Shown here: piece after piece, positions 54,867 through 64,000 of the stretch
How positions within the stretch are numbered: the first letter of the stretch is position 1
Layout of the letters: each line of letters begins with the position of its first letter
Origin: Candidatus Latescibacterota bacterium
GTDB taxonomy: Bacteria; Latescibacterota; UBA2968; GCA-2709665
Assembly (NCBI GenBank): GCA_965116875.1
Contig: OZ220733.1
Span: forward strand, 4,064,001 to 4,128,000
Direction of reading: 5' to 3'
DNA length: 64,000 nt
Notes under the pieces: generated by a model
Database searches by the model: none
What the model was told of the DNA's origin: nothing
What the model saw: the letters and a program-made list of their open reading frames with translations, nothing else
Translations under genes and position numbers: made by a program

Positions 54867-57800
54867 GAATTCGCGACATACGCATCGATGGCTTCGGGCA
54901 GTTTGCCGACAGGCGGTTCGGGGCCCTGGAACGACCCGTGACAGTCTTCTTCGGTCCGAACGAGGCGGGCAAAAGCACGATGCTGGAGTTTGTCCGAAGA
55001 GTGCTTTTCGGTTTTCCACGCAAGAGCGGGAAGGTCAACGCTTATCCGGCATTGGCCGGGGGGAATTATGGAGGCCAGATAACCGTCGAAGGGACGGACG
55101 GGCGTGTGTATGACGTTCGCAGATCGACAGGCAAGAGTTTCAGCGGAGACGTTCTTCTGACTTCTGCAACGGGCGAACCACTACCCGAAACTGAACTGGC
55201 GTCGCTGCTGGGTCACCACTCAAGGGAGGTCTTCGAGACGATATTCGCATTCACCCTCGACGACCTGTACAGCGACGACCTGCTGAGCGACGCGAACGTC
55301 AACAGCCAGATCTACAGCGCGGGCATGGGCGTTACCTCACTTCCGAACGCCGTAAAGTCCATCGAATCTTCCCGCAACGGTATCTTCCTGAAAGGAGGGA
55401 GTACCCAGGAAATCTACGAGATTCACAACAAAATCGAGAAGATCGACGAAAAACTGCGGGAGGTCGCCGGCAACGCGGCAACGTTCGGTGTTCTGACCGA
55501 CCGCCTCGGGCGGATCCAAGTCGAGCTCGGAGACCTGTCTGCCCAGCAATTGGAGACTCAATCCCGGTATAACCGACAGAATACGCTTCAGAAAGGCTGG
55601 GACGCCTGGAATGATCTGAATTCCGCCGAGGAAGAACTGGCTGGCATACCGGACATCGAGAGGTTTCCCGCCGATGGTGTGAATCGCCTGGAAGCATTGC
55701 AAGAGCGTTTGAGCGCCGCTCGGAGGGAATACGAGTCCGCCGAACATCGAGTGTCCAAGGCCGTACAGGCAGCGGACGTCAGGATCAAGCACGAAGGCAT
55801 TCTGAAACATTCGGCCGAAGTCCGAGGGCTGCAAAACGGCCGAACCGCATTCGACGGGTCCGTAAAAGACCTTCCTGAACGCGAGACCGAACTTGAAGGC
55901 CACATAAGAGCGCTGGCCGAAACTCTGAAAAACCTGGGGCCAGACTGGGACGAATGCCGCTTGGAAGGATTCGATCTTTCTGTAGCGGTACGCCAGGAGA
56001 TTTCCGAACACGGCGACAGATTGCGTCGCGCATCCGAGGAGCTGTCCGAATGCAAGTCAGCCCTACAACAGGAAATGGCGTCCCTCGAGGAGGCCAGGGA
56101 CGCTGAGAACAGCGCCCAACGCGTGTTCGAGGAGGCCAAAAAACCAGGATTGAATGCCGACCAGATACGACTGCGCCGCAACCTGGTGCGCGCCACAAGG
56201 TCGAAGCTCGATGGTATCAACCGCCAGCGACAAAACGTCCTGAATCTCAGGAGTCAACTCGAATCCCTCGAGAGTACAGCGTCTGATGCCGGTGGATCGG
56301 GCAGGAACACCGCTGTAGCGGCAGTCAGCTTCGGGATCGGGCTGGTGTTCCTGATCGGCGGAGCGGTTCTTGGTGGAACCGCACTCTTCATTGGTGTCTC
56401 GGCCGGAATCGCGCTCGCAGGCATGGGCATGTACGTATTGGTAACCGGTAAGTCCGGCCCGGTGCGCGGTGGTGAATCCCCGCTCGCGTCCCCTCTTCGC
56501 GAGTCCCTGCGCCGCGCCGAAGCGGACCTCGAGGATCTCCAGTCACAGATGATGAAGGACGCAGCGCCACTCAATCTCGAATCGATCGATGAATCCTCGC
56601 TCCTCGCGGCCGAACAGACGATCGATGAAGAGGAGGACCTGTTTCAGGAACGAACTCGGCTTGCCGAAACCCTCGAGGCTGCGAAGGCACTTGCAAAGCA
56701 AAGGCGGGCTCGCGCTGACAGCTCTGCCGCCGCCGTCGAGGAAGCGGAGGGTCGACTCAATTCGGCGCAGCGTGAATGGCAGGAATGGCTGACGGCGCGT
56801 GGCCTGTCTGAAACCTTCACGCCCGAGACGGCCGACGTGCTTCAGAGCCAGGTCGAACTTGGTCGAAGCCGGCTTGACGACGTGCGTAGCTGGCAGCAGC
56901 GCATCCAGGCCATCCGGAAAGACATCGACGAATACAACGAGGTGGTTGAGCCGCTTGCGACCGCCTTCGACGTCCCGTTCGATCGAAACGACCCACGCAT
57001 CGTCGCTGCTGCCGCCGACAGACTCGTCGAGTTGATGGAGGAAGTCCGGGAGGCCGTAAGAAGTCGGACCGACGCGGAACTCGATCTGGAAAATGCTCGG
57101 CGCCACTCGGACGAGCGGAACAGCGACCTGAAAAACGCGAAAGATGAGCTTGAGCTCTTGCTGAAATCCGGCGGCGCGGACGACACTGAAGCGTTCCGCG
57201 AGCGTGCGATTCTTTCCGAACAGCGAACGGAACTTGAAGAGAAAGCCCGTGATGCGCACGATCGGCTTCAACGCCTGAGCGGACCTGGCGAACCCCTTGA
57301 ATTGCTGAAATCGGATCTTGGCAGCACGAATCTTCAAGCCATCGCCGACGAGATTGAGGGTCTGGAGAAGGAACGGACGTCTGGCAATGCCCAGCGCGAG
57401 GCGCTGTCGACCCAACGAGGATCCATCCAGACCGAACTGGACGGGCTTGTCGGCGAGGAGGAGTCGTCGCGGCTGCGGATGGAAAGAAACGTGCTCCTGG
57501 AGCAACTGAGGGGCCACGCGCGTGACTGGACCCGGCTTACGATTGCCCGGAACCTGCTCGCCGAAGCGCGGCGGAAATTCGAGCGCGAGCGGCAGCCAGG
57601 CGTTATCCGGCACGCTGAAGAATTCTTCACTGCGATTACCGGTGGGCGGTACCGGCAGGTTTATGCTCCTCTTGGTGAACAGACGATTACGGTTACCGAC
57701 GCCGATGGACGGACGAAGCAGCCCTCGGATCTCAGCCGGGGCACGCGTGAGCAACTGTTCCTCTCGCTCCGGTTCGGGCTGATCCGCGAGCTGGGGGAGC

Positions 57801-58003
57801 GGACGGAACCGCTGCCGGTCGTCGTGGACGAGGTCCTGGTCAACTTCGATCCTGACCGCGCGCTTCGGGCGGCCGTCGCCTTCACTGAGCTGTCCAGGAC
57901 CAACCAGGTACTGGTATTCACCTGCCACCCAACGGTCGTCGAACTGTTGCGAAACGCGGCATCCGAGTCAGGGGTCGAGAAACCGGATGTCGTTGGGATC
58001 TAG
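54863..58003 (+). CDS. SMC/Rad50-like ATPase, AAA_27 (YhaN/SbcE-like), with central TM hairpin
   Basis: GFGQF, GPNEAGKST, long coiled coils, LSRGTREQL.L.LR, VDEVLVNFD..R, FTCH; ATGA overlap with the nuclease gene. Confidence 0.93.
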   Translation: MRIRDIRIDGFGQFADRRFGALERPVTVFFGPNEAGKSTMLEFVRRVLFGFPRKSGKVNAYPALAGGNYGGQITVEGTDGRVYDVRRSTGKSFSGDVLLTSATGEPLPETELASLLGHHSREVFETIFAFTLDDLYSDDLLSDANVNSQIYSAGMGVTSLPNAVKSIESSRNGIFLKGGSTQEIYEIHNKIEKIDEKLREVAGNAATFGVLTDRLGRIQVELGDLSAQQLETQSRYNRQNTLQKGWDAWNDLNSAEEELAGIPDIERFPADGVNRLEALQERLSAARREYESAEHRVSKAVQAADVRIKHEGILKHSAEVRGLQNGRTAFDGSVKDLPERETELEGHIRALAETLKNLGPDWDECRLEGFDLSVAVRQEISEHGDRLRRASEELSECKSALQQEMASLEEARDAENSAQRVFEEAKKPGLNADQIRLRRNLVRATRSKLDGINRQRQNVLNLRSQLESLESTASDAGGSGRNTAVAAVSFGIGLVFLIGGAVLGGTALFIGVSAGIALAGMGMYVLVTGKSGPVRGGESPLASPLRESLRRAEADLEDLQSQMMKDAAPLNLESIDESSLLAAEQTIDEEEDLFQERTRLAETLEAAKALAKQRRARADSSAAAVEEAEGRLNSAQREWQEWLTARGLSETFTPETADVLQSQVELGRSRLDDVRSWQQRIQAIRKDIDEYNEVVEPLATAFDVPFDRNDPRIVAAAADRLVELMEEVREAVRSRTDAELDLENARRHSDERNSDLKNAKDELELLLKSGGADDTEAFRERAILSEQRTELEEKARDAHDRLQRLSGPGEPLELLKSDLGSTNLQAIADEIEGLEKERTSGNAQREALSTQRGSIQTELDGLVGEEESSRLRMERNVLLEQLRGHARDWTRLTIARNLLAEARRKFERERQPGVIRHAEEFFTAITGGRYRQVYAPLGEQTITVTDADGRTKQPSDLSRGTREQLFLSLRFGLIRELGERTEPLPVVVDEVLVNFDPDRALRAAVAFTELSRTNQVLVFTCHPTVVELLRNAASESGVEKPDVVGI

Positions 58004-58024
58004 GAGGATCCGGGGTTCCGGATT

Positions 58025-59842
58025 CTACCCGTCGTACCACCCCGCCTGCAGCGCCCACATCCGGGCGTACTCTCCGTTACGGGCGATCAATTCGTCGTGG
58101 GACCCTTCTTCCACGAGCCGCCCATCCATGAGGACGAGAATCCGGTCGCACATCCGGGCCGAGCCCAGCCGATGTGAGACCACGATCGTGGTGCGATCGC
58201 CGGCCATGGCGAGAAAGCGGCGGAAGACGTCGGCCTCGGCCACGGGATCCAGAGATGCGGTCGGCTCGTCGAGGACAACGAGATCGGCGTCTCTCATGAA
58301 TCCCCTGGAGATCGCGACTCGCTGCCACTCCCCGCCCGACAGTTCCGTCGCGCCTTCGAATTCCCTGCCAAGCGGCGTTTCATAACCGTCCGGGAGCCGG
58401 CCGGCGACGGCGTCGGCGCCGCCCCGTCGCGCCGCGCGTTCGATTTCGCCAGGCTCCCGCATCCGTTCCCAGCGTCCGAAACCGATGTTCTCACCAAGCG
58501 TAAAGGCAAAGCGGGTGTAGTCCTGGAAGACCCCGGTGGACCGGTCCCAATATGCGTCACGGTTCGTTCGGTTCGCCGGGAGGTCGCCGTAGTTCAGTTT
58601 GCCCGCGGTAGGATGGAACAGCCCCAGCAGCACCTTGACCAGAGTGGTCTTGCCGGAACCGTTCGCGCCGACAAGGGCGACCCGCTCGCCGGGTCGTACG
58701 GCCAGGTTGACTCCCCTGAGGGCATGTCGCTCGGCCTGAGGATAGCGGAAGGAGAGGTCTTTGGTTGTGATTGCCTTTGTCTTGAGTGAGGCGATGATGG
58801 CGCCACCGGGCGGGTCTTCGGGGCCGAGGTCCAGGTAAATGAACAGGTCGGCGACGTTCATCAGTTGAATAGCAAGAAAGCTCATGCGATTTACGAGGTG
58901 GTCGACTCCCGTTCGCGCCTGACGCAGGGCGACCAGCATTGCCGCGAACTGTCCGGCGGACAGCCCGCCCCCGAGGACCGCCCACGCCGACCAGCCGACG
59001 GCGCCGGCAAACGCCGACAGGCTGACGGCGGACAGGCAGCCGCCTGTGGCGTGATGTTTGCGTCTCTGGCGGTACAGGGGATCTGCGACCTGCCAATACA
59101 GGTGATCCCACCACCCGGCCAGGACCGACCCGAGCCGAAACACCCGTACCTCCTTTGCGTCCTCCCTCTCTGTAAGGATACGTTCCAGGTATGCGCGCAG
59201 ACGCTGCGCCTGGGTCTGGCGACGTTCCAGGTAGAACTCGTGCACGTTATGGTAAAGGCCGGCAAGCGGCGGCGGCAGCGAGACGAGGAGGATTGCCACG
59301 AGCAGGTACGGGTCCCAGAACCCGACGACAATGCCAACGGAAACCACCGTCAGCCCGCCGGTCAGGATCCGGTAGATTGCACCAAGCAGGTTCAGGAAAA
59401 AGCCGGGCGTCGCCGCTACCTGCGCACGCCGTATCAGGTCGTGGAAATCCGCCCGCTCGAAGACATCCAGACGGAGTGACCGGGACTTGATCTGGAGTTG
59501 CTCGAGAAGCCTGTCTTCCATCTCCTGCTTGAGCCGCTCGAGCAGGATGGTACGCGACCATGTCCGGAGGCCGATTTCGGCGAGGGTAACGGACGCCCAG
59601 CCCGCGAGCCAGGGCAGCATCGAATTAACGGGAATCCGGCCCTCGTAAACGCCAACACTGTGATCGAATAATTCACGTACGACCCAGACGGTCGCGGCTG
59701 GCAGCATGCCGCTCGTGAACTCCAGCAAAAGGGAAAGGACCGACCGCCAGGGATCGATGCGGATCATCCAGCCCAGGAACCTGATGAGTGTCCGGAGACC
59801 GCGCGGACGCCGTTTTACCGGATCGGTTTCTACCTGTACCAC
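58025..59842 (-). CDS. ABC exporter, fused TMD+NBD (subunit 2)
   Basis: AKEVRVF, GANGSGKTT, VFQDY, LSGGEWQR, LDEPTASLDP, SHRL; GTG start after GGAGG. Confidence 0.93.
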   Translation of the reverse strand: MVQVETDPVKRRPRGLRTLIRFLGWMIRIDPWRSVLSLLLEFTSGMLPAATVWVVRELFDHSVGVYEGRIPVNSMLPWLAGWASVTLAEIGLRTWSRTILLERLKQEMEDRLLEQLQIKSRSLRLDVFERADFHDLIRRAQVAATPGFFLNLLGAIYRILTGGLTVVSVGIVVGFWDPYLLVAILLVSLPPPLAGLYHNVHEFYLERRQTQAQRLRAYLERILTEREDAKEVRVFRLGSVLAGWWDHLYWQVADPLYRQRRKHHATGGCLSAVSLSAFAGAVGWSAWAVLGGGLSAGQFAAMLVALRQARTGVDHLVNRMSFLAIQLMNVADLFIYLDLGPEDPPGGAIIASLKTKAITTKDLSFRYPQAERHALRGVNLAVRPGERVALVGANGSGKTTLVKVLLGLFHPTAGKLNYGDLPANRTNRDAYWDRSTGVFQDYTRFAFTLGENIGFGRWERMREPGEIERAARRGGADAVAGRLPDGYETPLGREFEGATELSGGEWQRVAISRGFMRDADLVVLDEPTASLDPVAEADVFRRFLAMAGDRTTIVVSHRLGSARMCDRILVLMDGRLVEEGSHDELIARNGEYARMWALQAGWYDG

Positions 59843-61737
59843 GAAGCCTGTTCCTCCCACATTCCGGCGTAAACGCCCCCTTTGGCCACCAGGTCGTCGT
59901 GGCAGCCCTCCTCCACGATACGGCCCTGCCCGAGCACGAGGATGCGATCGGCCATACGCGCGGACCCGAGCCGGTGGCTGATCAGCAGGGCGGTCCGCCC
60001 GTGAAGGAGTTCGGCGAACTGCCGGTACAGCGCAGCCTCCGCCACGGCGTCGAGCGCCGCGGCCGGCTCGTCGAGAATGAGTAGTTCCGGATCCCCGGTG
60101 AAGGCGCGCGCGATGGCGATTCGCTGCCATTCGCCGCCGGAGAGACCCTGCCCGCCGTCGAAGACGTGCCCGACCGGGGTTTCGTAGCCACCGGGAAGCC
60201 GTTCAGCGATCTCGTCAACGCCGGCACGGCGGGCTGCCTCATGGACCGCTGCCATGTCCGGTTGCAGCCAGGAGGGCCACAATTCGCTGCCTGGTCCCTC
60301 GCTCGAACCGTACAGCGTTCCGATGCCAATGGATTGGCCGAGCGTGAATTCGAATCGGGAGAAATCCTGGAAGGCCGCGCTCACGGCGCCGGCCTGACTC
60401 TCGGGGTCTATATCACGGTAGTCGATGCCATCGGCCGTTACTCGTCCCGAGGTGGGGGCGTAGAGACCGAGAAGGACCTTTGCGATGGTGGACTTGCCGG
60501 CGCCATTGTCGCCGACGAGTGCGACGCGTTCGCCAGGGGCCAGGCAAAAAGTGACGCCGTTCAGCACGGACGGCGCCTCGTCGCCGGCAGCGGATGGCGG
60601 GTAGGTGAAGTGGACGTTGTCCATGACCAGACCCTCCCGCAGGGGTCGGGGAAAGGAGGCGGCGTCCGACGTACCTTCCGTTGCTGCGCTTTCCGGTATG
60701 TTGCCATGCTGCTGATCGAAGAACTCCCGAACATTGCCGACCTCGGCAGAACGAGCCTGCAACTCCCTGGAACTGAAGCCGAGACTGCCTCCTGCGCGCA
60801 ACATGTCGCCCACACCCTGAAAGAGCGCAACAAATCGTCCGGGAGTGAGAACCCGGTCCCCCAGCAGGAACGCGAGGAGGACCGCGACGCCAACCCCCGC
60901 GGCCACCTGGAGCGCCGTGACCGGTATGCTCAATATGACCTGGCATTGCCGCTGATCCAGCAGACGCTCCCGCAGAACCTGACGCATTCTTCGCCAGCGC
61001 CCGGTCAATGGCGTGTGCAGGCCGAAGAGCCGCATTTCCTTCTGCTCCGACCGACCCGTAAGGATCCGGTTCACGTACCCGGCGCGGCGCTCCTCCGGGG
61101 TCTCTCCGTAGGTGAACGCCATGAACATCCGGCTCTGTCGGATCTCCAGGCGGACAAGCGGCGCCAGCGCTCCCAGCATGGCCACCGTGATCCATATGGA
61201 GACCGGCGCGAACATCGCTGACACCGAGACGGCGGTGATAGCGGCCTGGGAAAAGTGCAGAGCGTTGAAAAAGAGCCGTCCAGGTTTGCGCCCCGGATCG
61301 CGTGCGCGTTCCAGACGGTCGTACGTCTCGCTTACATCGAAGGATAGCAGGGGCAGCCGCGACGATCGTTCCAGAAGGCGGCGGCCCAGAACGTGGGAAA
61401 GATTCTGCTCCAGGCGCAGGTGGAAGACATCGCGCAGATGCCACATGACATCGTTGGTCGCCAGCAGGATCAGTCCGAATGCAATCAGCCACGGCAGGAT
61501 GTCGTCAAAGTCGGACGGGCCGCCGCCGGCCGCATCGACCACGGTGTCGACGAGATGCCTGGTAACGTAGATGAGCAAGGCAGGCTGGATTCCAAGCAGA
61601 ACGTGAATGACGATCAGCCAGAGCCCGGCCGTCCTGGCGTGCGCCCGAATGTGGCTCCAGGTCCAGCGCAGGTTGGCCAGAATCGCGCCTGCGTTCTCGC
61701 GTCGGTTCCAGTATTCGAGGTCGGATGTCGGCGGCAT
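59830..61737 (-). CDS. ABC exporter, fused TMD+NBD (subunit 1)
   Basis: QKEMRLF, GDNGAGKST, FQDF, LSGGEWQR, LDEPAAALD, SHRL; start may be 61770. Confidence 0.93.
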   Translation of the reverse strand: MPPTSDLEYWNRRENAGAILANLRWTWSHIRAHARTAGLWLIVIHVLLGIQPALLIYVTRHLVDTVVDAAGGGPSDFDDILPWLIAFGLILLATNDVMWHLRDVFHLRLEQNLSHVLGRRLLERSSRLPLLSFDVSETYDRLERARDPGRKPGRLFFNALHFSQAAITAVSVSAMFAPVSIWITVAMLGALAPLVRLEIRQSRMFMAFTYGETPEERRAGYVNRILTGRSEQKEMRLFGLHTPLTGRWRRMRQVLRERLLDQRQCQVILSIPVTALQVAAGVGVAVLLAFLLGDRVLTPGRFVALFQGVGDMLRAGGSLGFSSRELQARSAEVGNVREFFDQQHGNIPESAATEGTSDAASFPRPLREGLVMDNVHFTYPPSAAGDEAPSVLNGVTFCLAPGERVALVGDNGAGKSTIAKVLLGLYAPTSGRVTADGIDYRDIDPESQAGAVSAAFQDFSRFEFTLGQSIGIGTLYGSSEGPGSELWPSWLQPDMAAVHEAARRAGVDEIAERLPGGYETPVGHVFDGGQGLSGGEWQRIAIARAFTGDPELLILDEPAAALDAVAEAALYRQFAELLHGRTALLISHRLGSARMADRILVLGQGRIVEEGCHDDLVAKGGVYAGMWEEQASWYR

Positions 61738-61796
61738 CGTCCGTTCTCCGCGGCTGACCGAGAGCAACATTCATCAGGGATTGCCAGGCGATAGGG

Positions 61797-61899
61797 AAGA
61801 TAAGTCATCCGCCCAACGGAATCAATCGAGAATATAGGTATAAATACATATTTATAAATAATTTATATTCTTGACTTCCGGATCGATTTTTGTTATATT
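61797..61899. promoter_or_regulatory. Divergent promoters with AT-rich palindromic operator
   Basis: Minus TTGATT-17-TATCTT (61797-61825); TATAAATA-CA-TATTTATA (61839-61856); plus TTGACT-17-TATATT (61871-61899). Confidence 0.65.
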
Positions 61900-61915
61900 A
61901 TTAACGTGGGAAATC

Positions 61916-61957
61916 AAAGAGGGAGTTGGAGGCATCCGCCTCCAACTCCCTCTTTTT
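61916..61957. terminator. Strong intrinsic terminator
   Basis: AAAGAGGGAGTTGGAGGC-ATCC-GCCTCCAACTCCCTCTTT-TT. Confidence 0.85.
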
Positions 61958-62079
61958 CGTCTTGCGTCACAGTCTCGAAATCTGCCGGTTCCGCCTGACC
62001 GGAAGCCGGACCTGCCCAGGCGCGATTTCTCCCCGACCCGAACTGTCGGGCGAGCCCTGACGACCGAACTACATGCCGC

Positions 62080-62337
62080 TTACGACCGCGCTCCCAGATA
62101 TCTCTCAGCGTAAATGTCCAGTACTCTCCGAATCATCCTCTGGTAGGGTACGCCGTTCTCCCGCGCGCTTGCCTTGAAGAAATCCACACTCCTCTTGTTT
62201 AGACTCAGGGTCACCCGTACGGTTTCCTCCTTCAACACGAGCTGGTCGGGTGACGGCAGAAAGTCTGGAATCACTTCAGCCTGTTCAATTGCTTCCGCAA
62301 GTTCTGCCGGTGCATTTTCATAATTCCTCTTGCTCAT
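62080..62337 (-). CDS. CopG/BrnA-like RHH antitoxin
   Basis: DFLPSPDQLV.KEE.V.VTL.L...SVDFFK..A...GVPYQRMIR..LD.YA. Confidence 0.88.
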   Translation of the reverse strand: MSKRNYENAPAELAEAIEQAEVIPDFLPSPDQLVLKEETVRVTLSLNKRSVDFFKASARENGVPYQRMIRRVLDIYAERYLGARS

Positions 62338-62393
62338 AACGCTTCCTTCCCTCGCGCCAGTAACCGGCGCCGAATATGCGGACGCGTAATACG
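62318..62393 (-). pseudogene. BrnT-like toxin C-terminal remnant
   Basis: VLRVRIFGAGYWREGRKRYEQEEL* overlapping the antitoxin start; 5' part replaced by the porin gene end. Confidence 0.65.
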
Positions 62394-63704
62394 CTATCGG
62401 TGATGGAATCCGTGGTTCAGATCCAGCCGGACGCCTACAACCAGTGCGTTCTCGAGTTCCGGATCAGCGCCTGGATTAAAGATGTATTGCAGGTCCGGCT
62501 GGATCTGCAATATGTCGCTGATCCGAAGAACATACGTGAATTCGAATGCGGTCTCATGGCTTTCCGCTTTGGCGGCAGCGCGAAAATCCGCGCTGCAACG
62601 CGCCCTGGCCATGGAAATCCCGATCTGGTCGTCCGGCCTGCGGGGGACGAGGCCGGACATCAACACCCCCGCTCCGATGTACCTGTCGAAGGGATTGAGC
62701 GCGCCGTTGGCGGTTCCGTAGCGAAGGAATCCCGAAACCGTTCGCCGGTTGGCGACGTCCGCGTACGGCGTGCCATCGGCAAATCCATACCACCCATTGT
62801 TTCCGCCTCGCCGCACGGGATTTCCTCCCGTGTCGGTTTCGCGGATCGCCTCGAATTCCGCGCTATAGGAGAACGCGCCGAGACCCAGACGGAGGGCATC
62901 GGAAACGTCACGGTTGTACTCGAGGGAATGCAGAACGCCCTCGCGGCTGCTCAACTTGATTGCGGTGGCCGAGGGGTTTTCCGGATCGCCCGGCACCGCG
63001 TCGAGGATCGCGTAACGCATCAGATTGTTTCCTGAATTCCATTCGAGTCGACCCGCGAACGACGTCGCCGGAAAAATCGACGGCCCCCGTTCCCCGGTCT
63101 GGGAATACGTGGGCACGATTCCGTGTGACCCGTTCAGGAACAACGCCGCCGAATCCACCGCATCGAACTCGCTGTTCAGATCGTAGAGCCCGATCTTCAG
63201 GCTCAACCCTTCCGTAACGGGATGTAGGTACCAGAATTCGTAGAGCCGAAACGCCTGCTCCGCGTCGATGTTGGAAACGACCTGGGTATCGCCCGAATAC
63301 CGGTCCGAAAACGTCGATGCGTTGTTCCATAGCAGATACGCGAACAACGAGCCGGCCCCGCTTCCGAATGCCCGTTCAAGGTCAAACGTGAGGACCGCAT
63401 CGACGTTCTGCAGATATGCAGTGCCGTTCCGGATGCCGCCGGAGGCGTTTCGAAGCAAGTCTGCGACGTACCCCACTTCGGCGGAGACCGCTTTGCCGCC
63501 TTCACCCGTTTGAGCGCGCACGGGGACCGGGGCAGGGCCGACCAGCAGTATGCAGATAACCAGCAGGAGCAATCTGGCTTTCGATTCTGCATGGATCGAT
63601 TCGGGACGACAACCGAAGGCGGCAATGAATCGTTGCGGAACTCTATGCTTCGAGGTGCGCGTGTTCCGGCGCTGCTGATGCCATGTGGATGTATCCGGCG
63701 CCAT
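62394..63704 (-). CDS. Carbohydrate-selective porin, OprB family
   Basis: Signal-like LLLLVICILLVGPAPVPVRAQ; DLL.N.SGG, Q.VSNIDA, RLYEFWY, G.YDLNSEFD, GPSIFP, RP.DQIG, E..Y......IQPDLQYI.NPG; start uncertain. Confidence 0.88.
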   Translation of the reverse strand: MAPDTSTWHQQRRNTRTSKHRVPQRFIAAFGCRPESIHAESKARLLLLVICILLVGPAPVPVRAQTGEGGKAVSAEVGYVADLLRNASGGIRNGTAYLQNVDAVLTFDLERAFGSGAGSLFAYLLWNNASTFSDRYSGDTQVVSNIDAEQAFRLYEFWYLHPVTEGLSLKIGLYDLNSEFDAVDSAALFLNGSHGIVPTYSQTGERGPSIFPATSFAGRLEWNSGNNLMRYAILDAVPGDPENPSATAIKLSSREGVLHSLEYNRDVSDALRLGLGAFSYSAEFEAIRETDTGGNPVRRGGNNGWYGFADGTPYADVANRRTVSGFLRYGTANGALNPFDRYIGAGVLMSGLVPRRPDDQIGISMARARCSADFRAAAKAESHETAFEFTYVLRISDILQIQPDLQYIFNPGADPELENALVVGVRLDLNHGFHHR

Positions 63705-63813
63705 GATCTCAGTCGTTGTCCTTTTATGGACCGGCTCAGCAGAACTCCCCGTCGGAAGCCGCATATATCCTTCCACAACCACGTGTCCGAAGGCCCGTTT
63801 TTTTTTATTCGCC

Positions 63814-63999
63814 TCAGAACGTGAGTTCGAAGGTGCGCGCGCTGTAACCCGCGAATATGCCGTACCCGTTCTCAATATTGCTGTGAATTCTCACCGGTTC
63901 TGCAAATGGGTTGTCGTCGGTCGTCTTGTGGAGCAGAGCGCTTCGGAGGTGCCTGTAATAGGTCTCGCTCACAAAACGGACTTCGACCCAGATTCGACG
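63814..63999 (-). CDS. DUF4249-family protein, C-terminal end (gene continues beyond window)
   Basis: VSETYYRHL...DNPFAEPVRIHSNIENGYGIFAGY..*. Confidence 0.75.
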   Translation of the reverse strand, partial: RRIWVEVRFVSETYYRHLRSALLHKTTDDNPFAEPVRIHSNIENGYGIFAGYSARTFELTF

Positions 64000-64000
64000 C

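Noticed and set aside
58025-61737. RiPP/bacteriocin biosynthetic cluster
   Set aside because: No precursor peptide, modifying enzyme or peptidase domain is visible near the exporters.
62682-62700. CCTGTCGAAGGG match to the 23-nt repeat
   Set aside because: It lies in frame inside the porin gene (ALNPFDRY) and lacks the CCCTGAG arm; likely coincidence.

Overview
GC-rich bacterial chromosomal segment. Gene content resembles FCB/PVC-like candidate phyla such as Latescibacterota or sponge symbionts (inference only). 1-21 kb is housekeeping: end of rplQ, a GHL10-like hydrolase, rlmD, greA, a DapA-family enzyme, an adenylate kinase, a beta-propeller/SpoIIE sensor phosphatase, folD, large purL, rbsK and bamD-nadD-zapA. 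21-48 kb is a long run of transport and catabolic genes for unknown substrates. 48-58 kb is an accessory region: a ~4 kb TA/defence islet bounded by a duplicated 3' end of a GGCT gene, containing an intact OLD-like ATPase/TOPRIM gene translationally coupled to two gutted partner genes, then a RelE-like/XRE TA pair and a YhaO/YhaN-like nuclease-ATPase pair. 58-64 kb holds an ABC exporter pair, an orphaned antitoxin, an OprB porin and a DUF4249 gene end. The most unusual signals are non-coding: 23-nt hairpin units nested inside each other's loops, a 162-bp MITE family, a promoter-driven ~235-nt rod-shaped RNA candidate upstream of bamD, and an exact 43-bp tandem duplication that frameshifts an aldo-keto reductase. 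No tRNA, rRNA, CRISPR array, integrase or transposase was recognised. All alignments and counts were made by hand.
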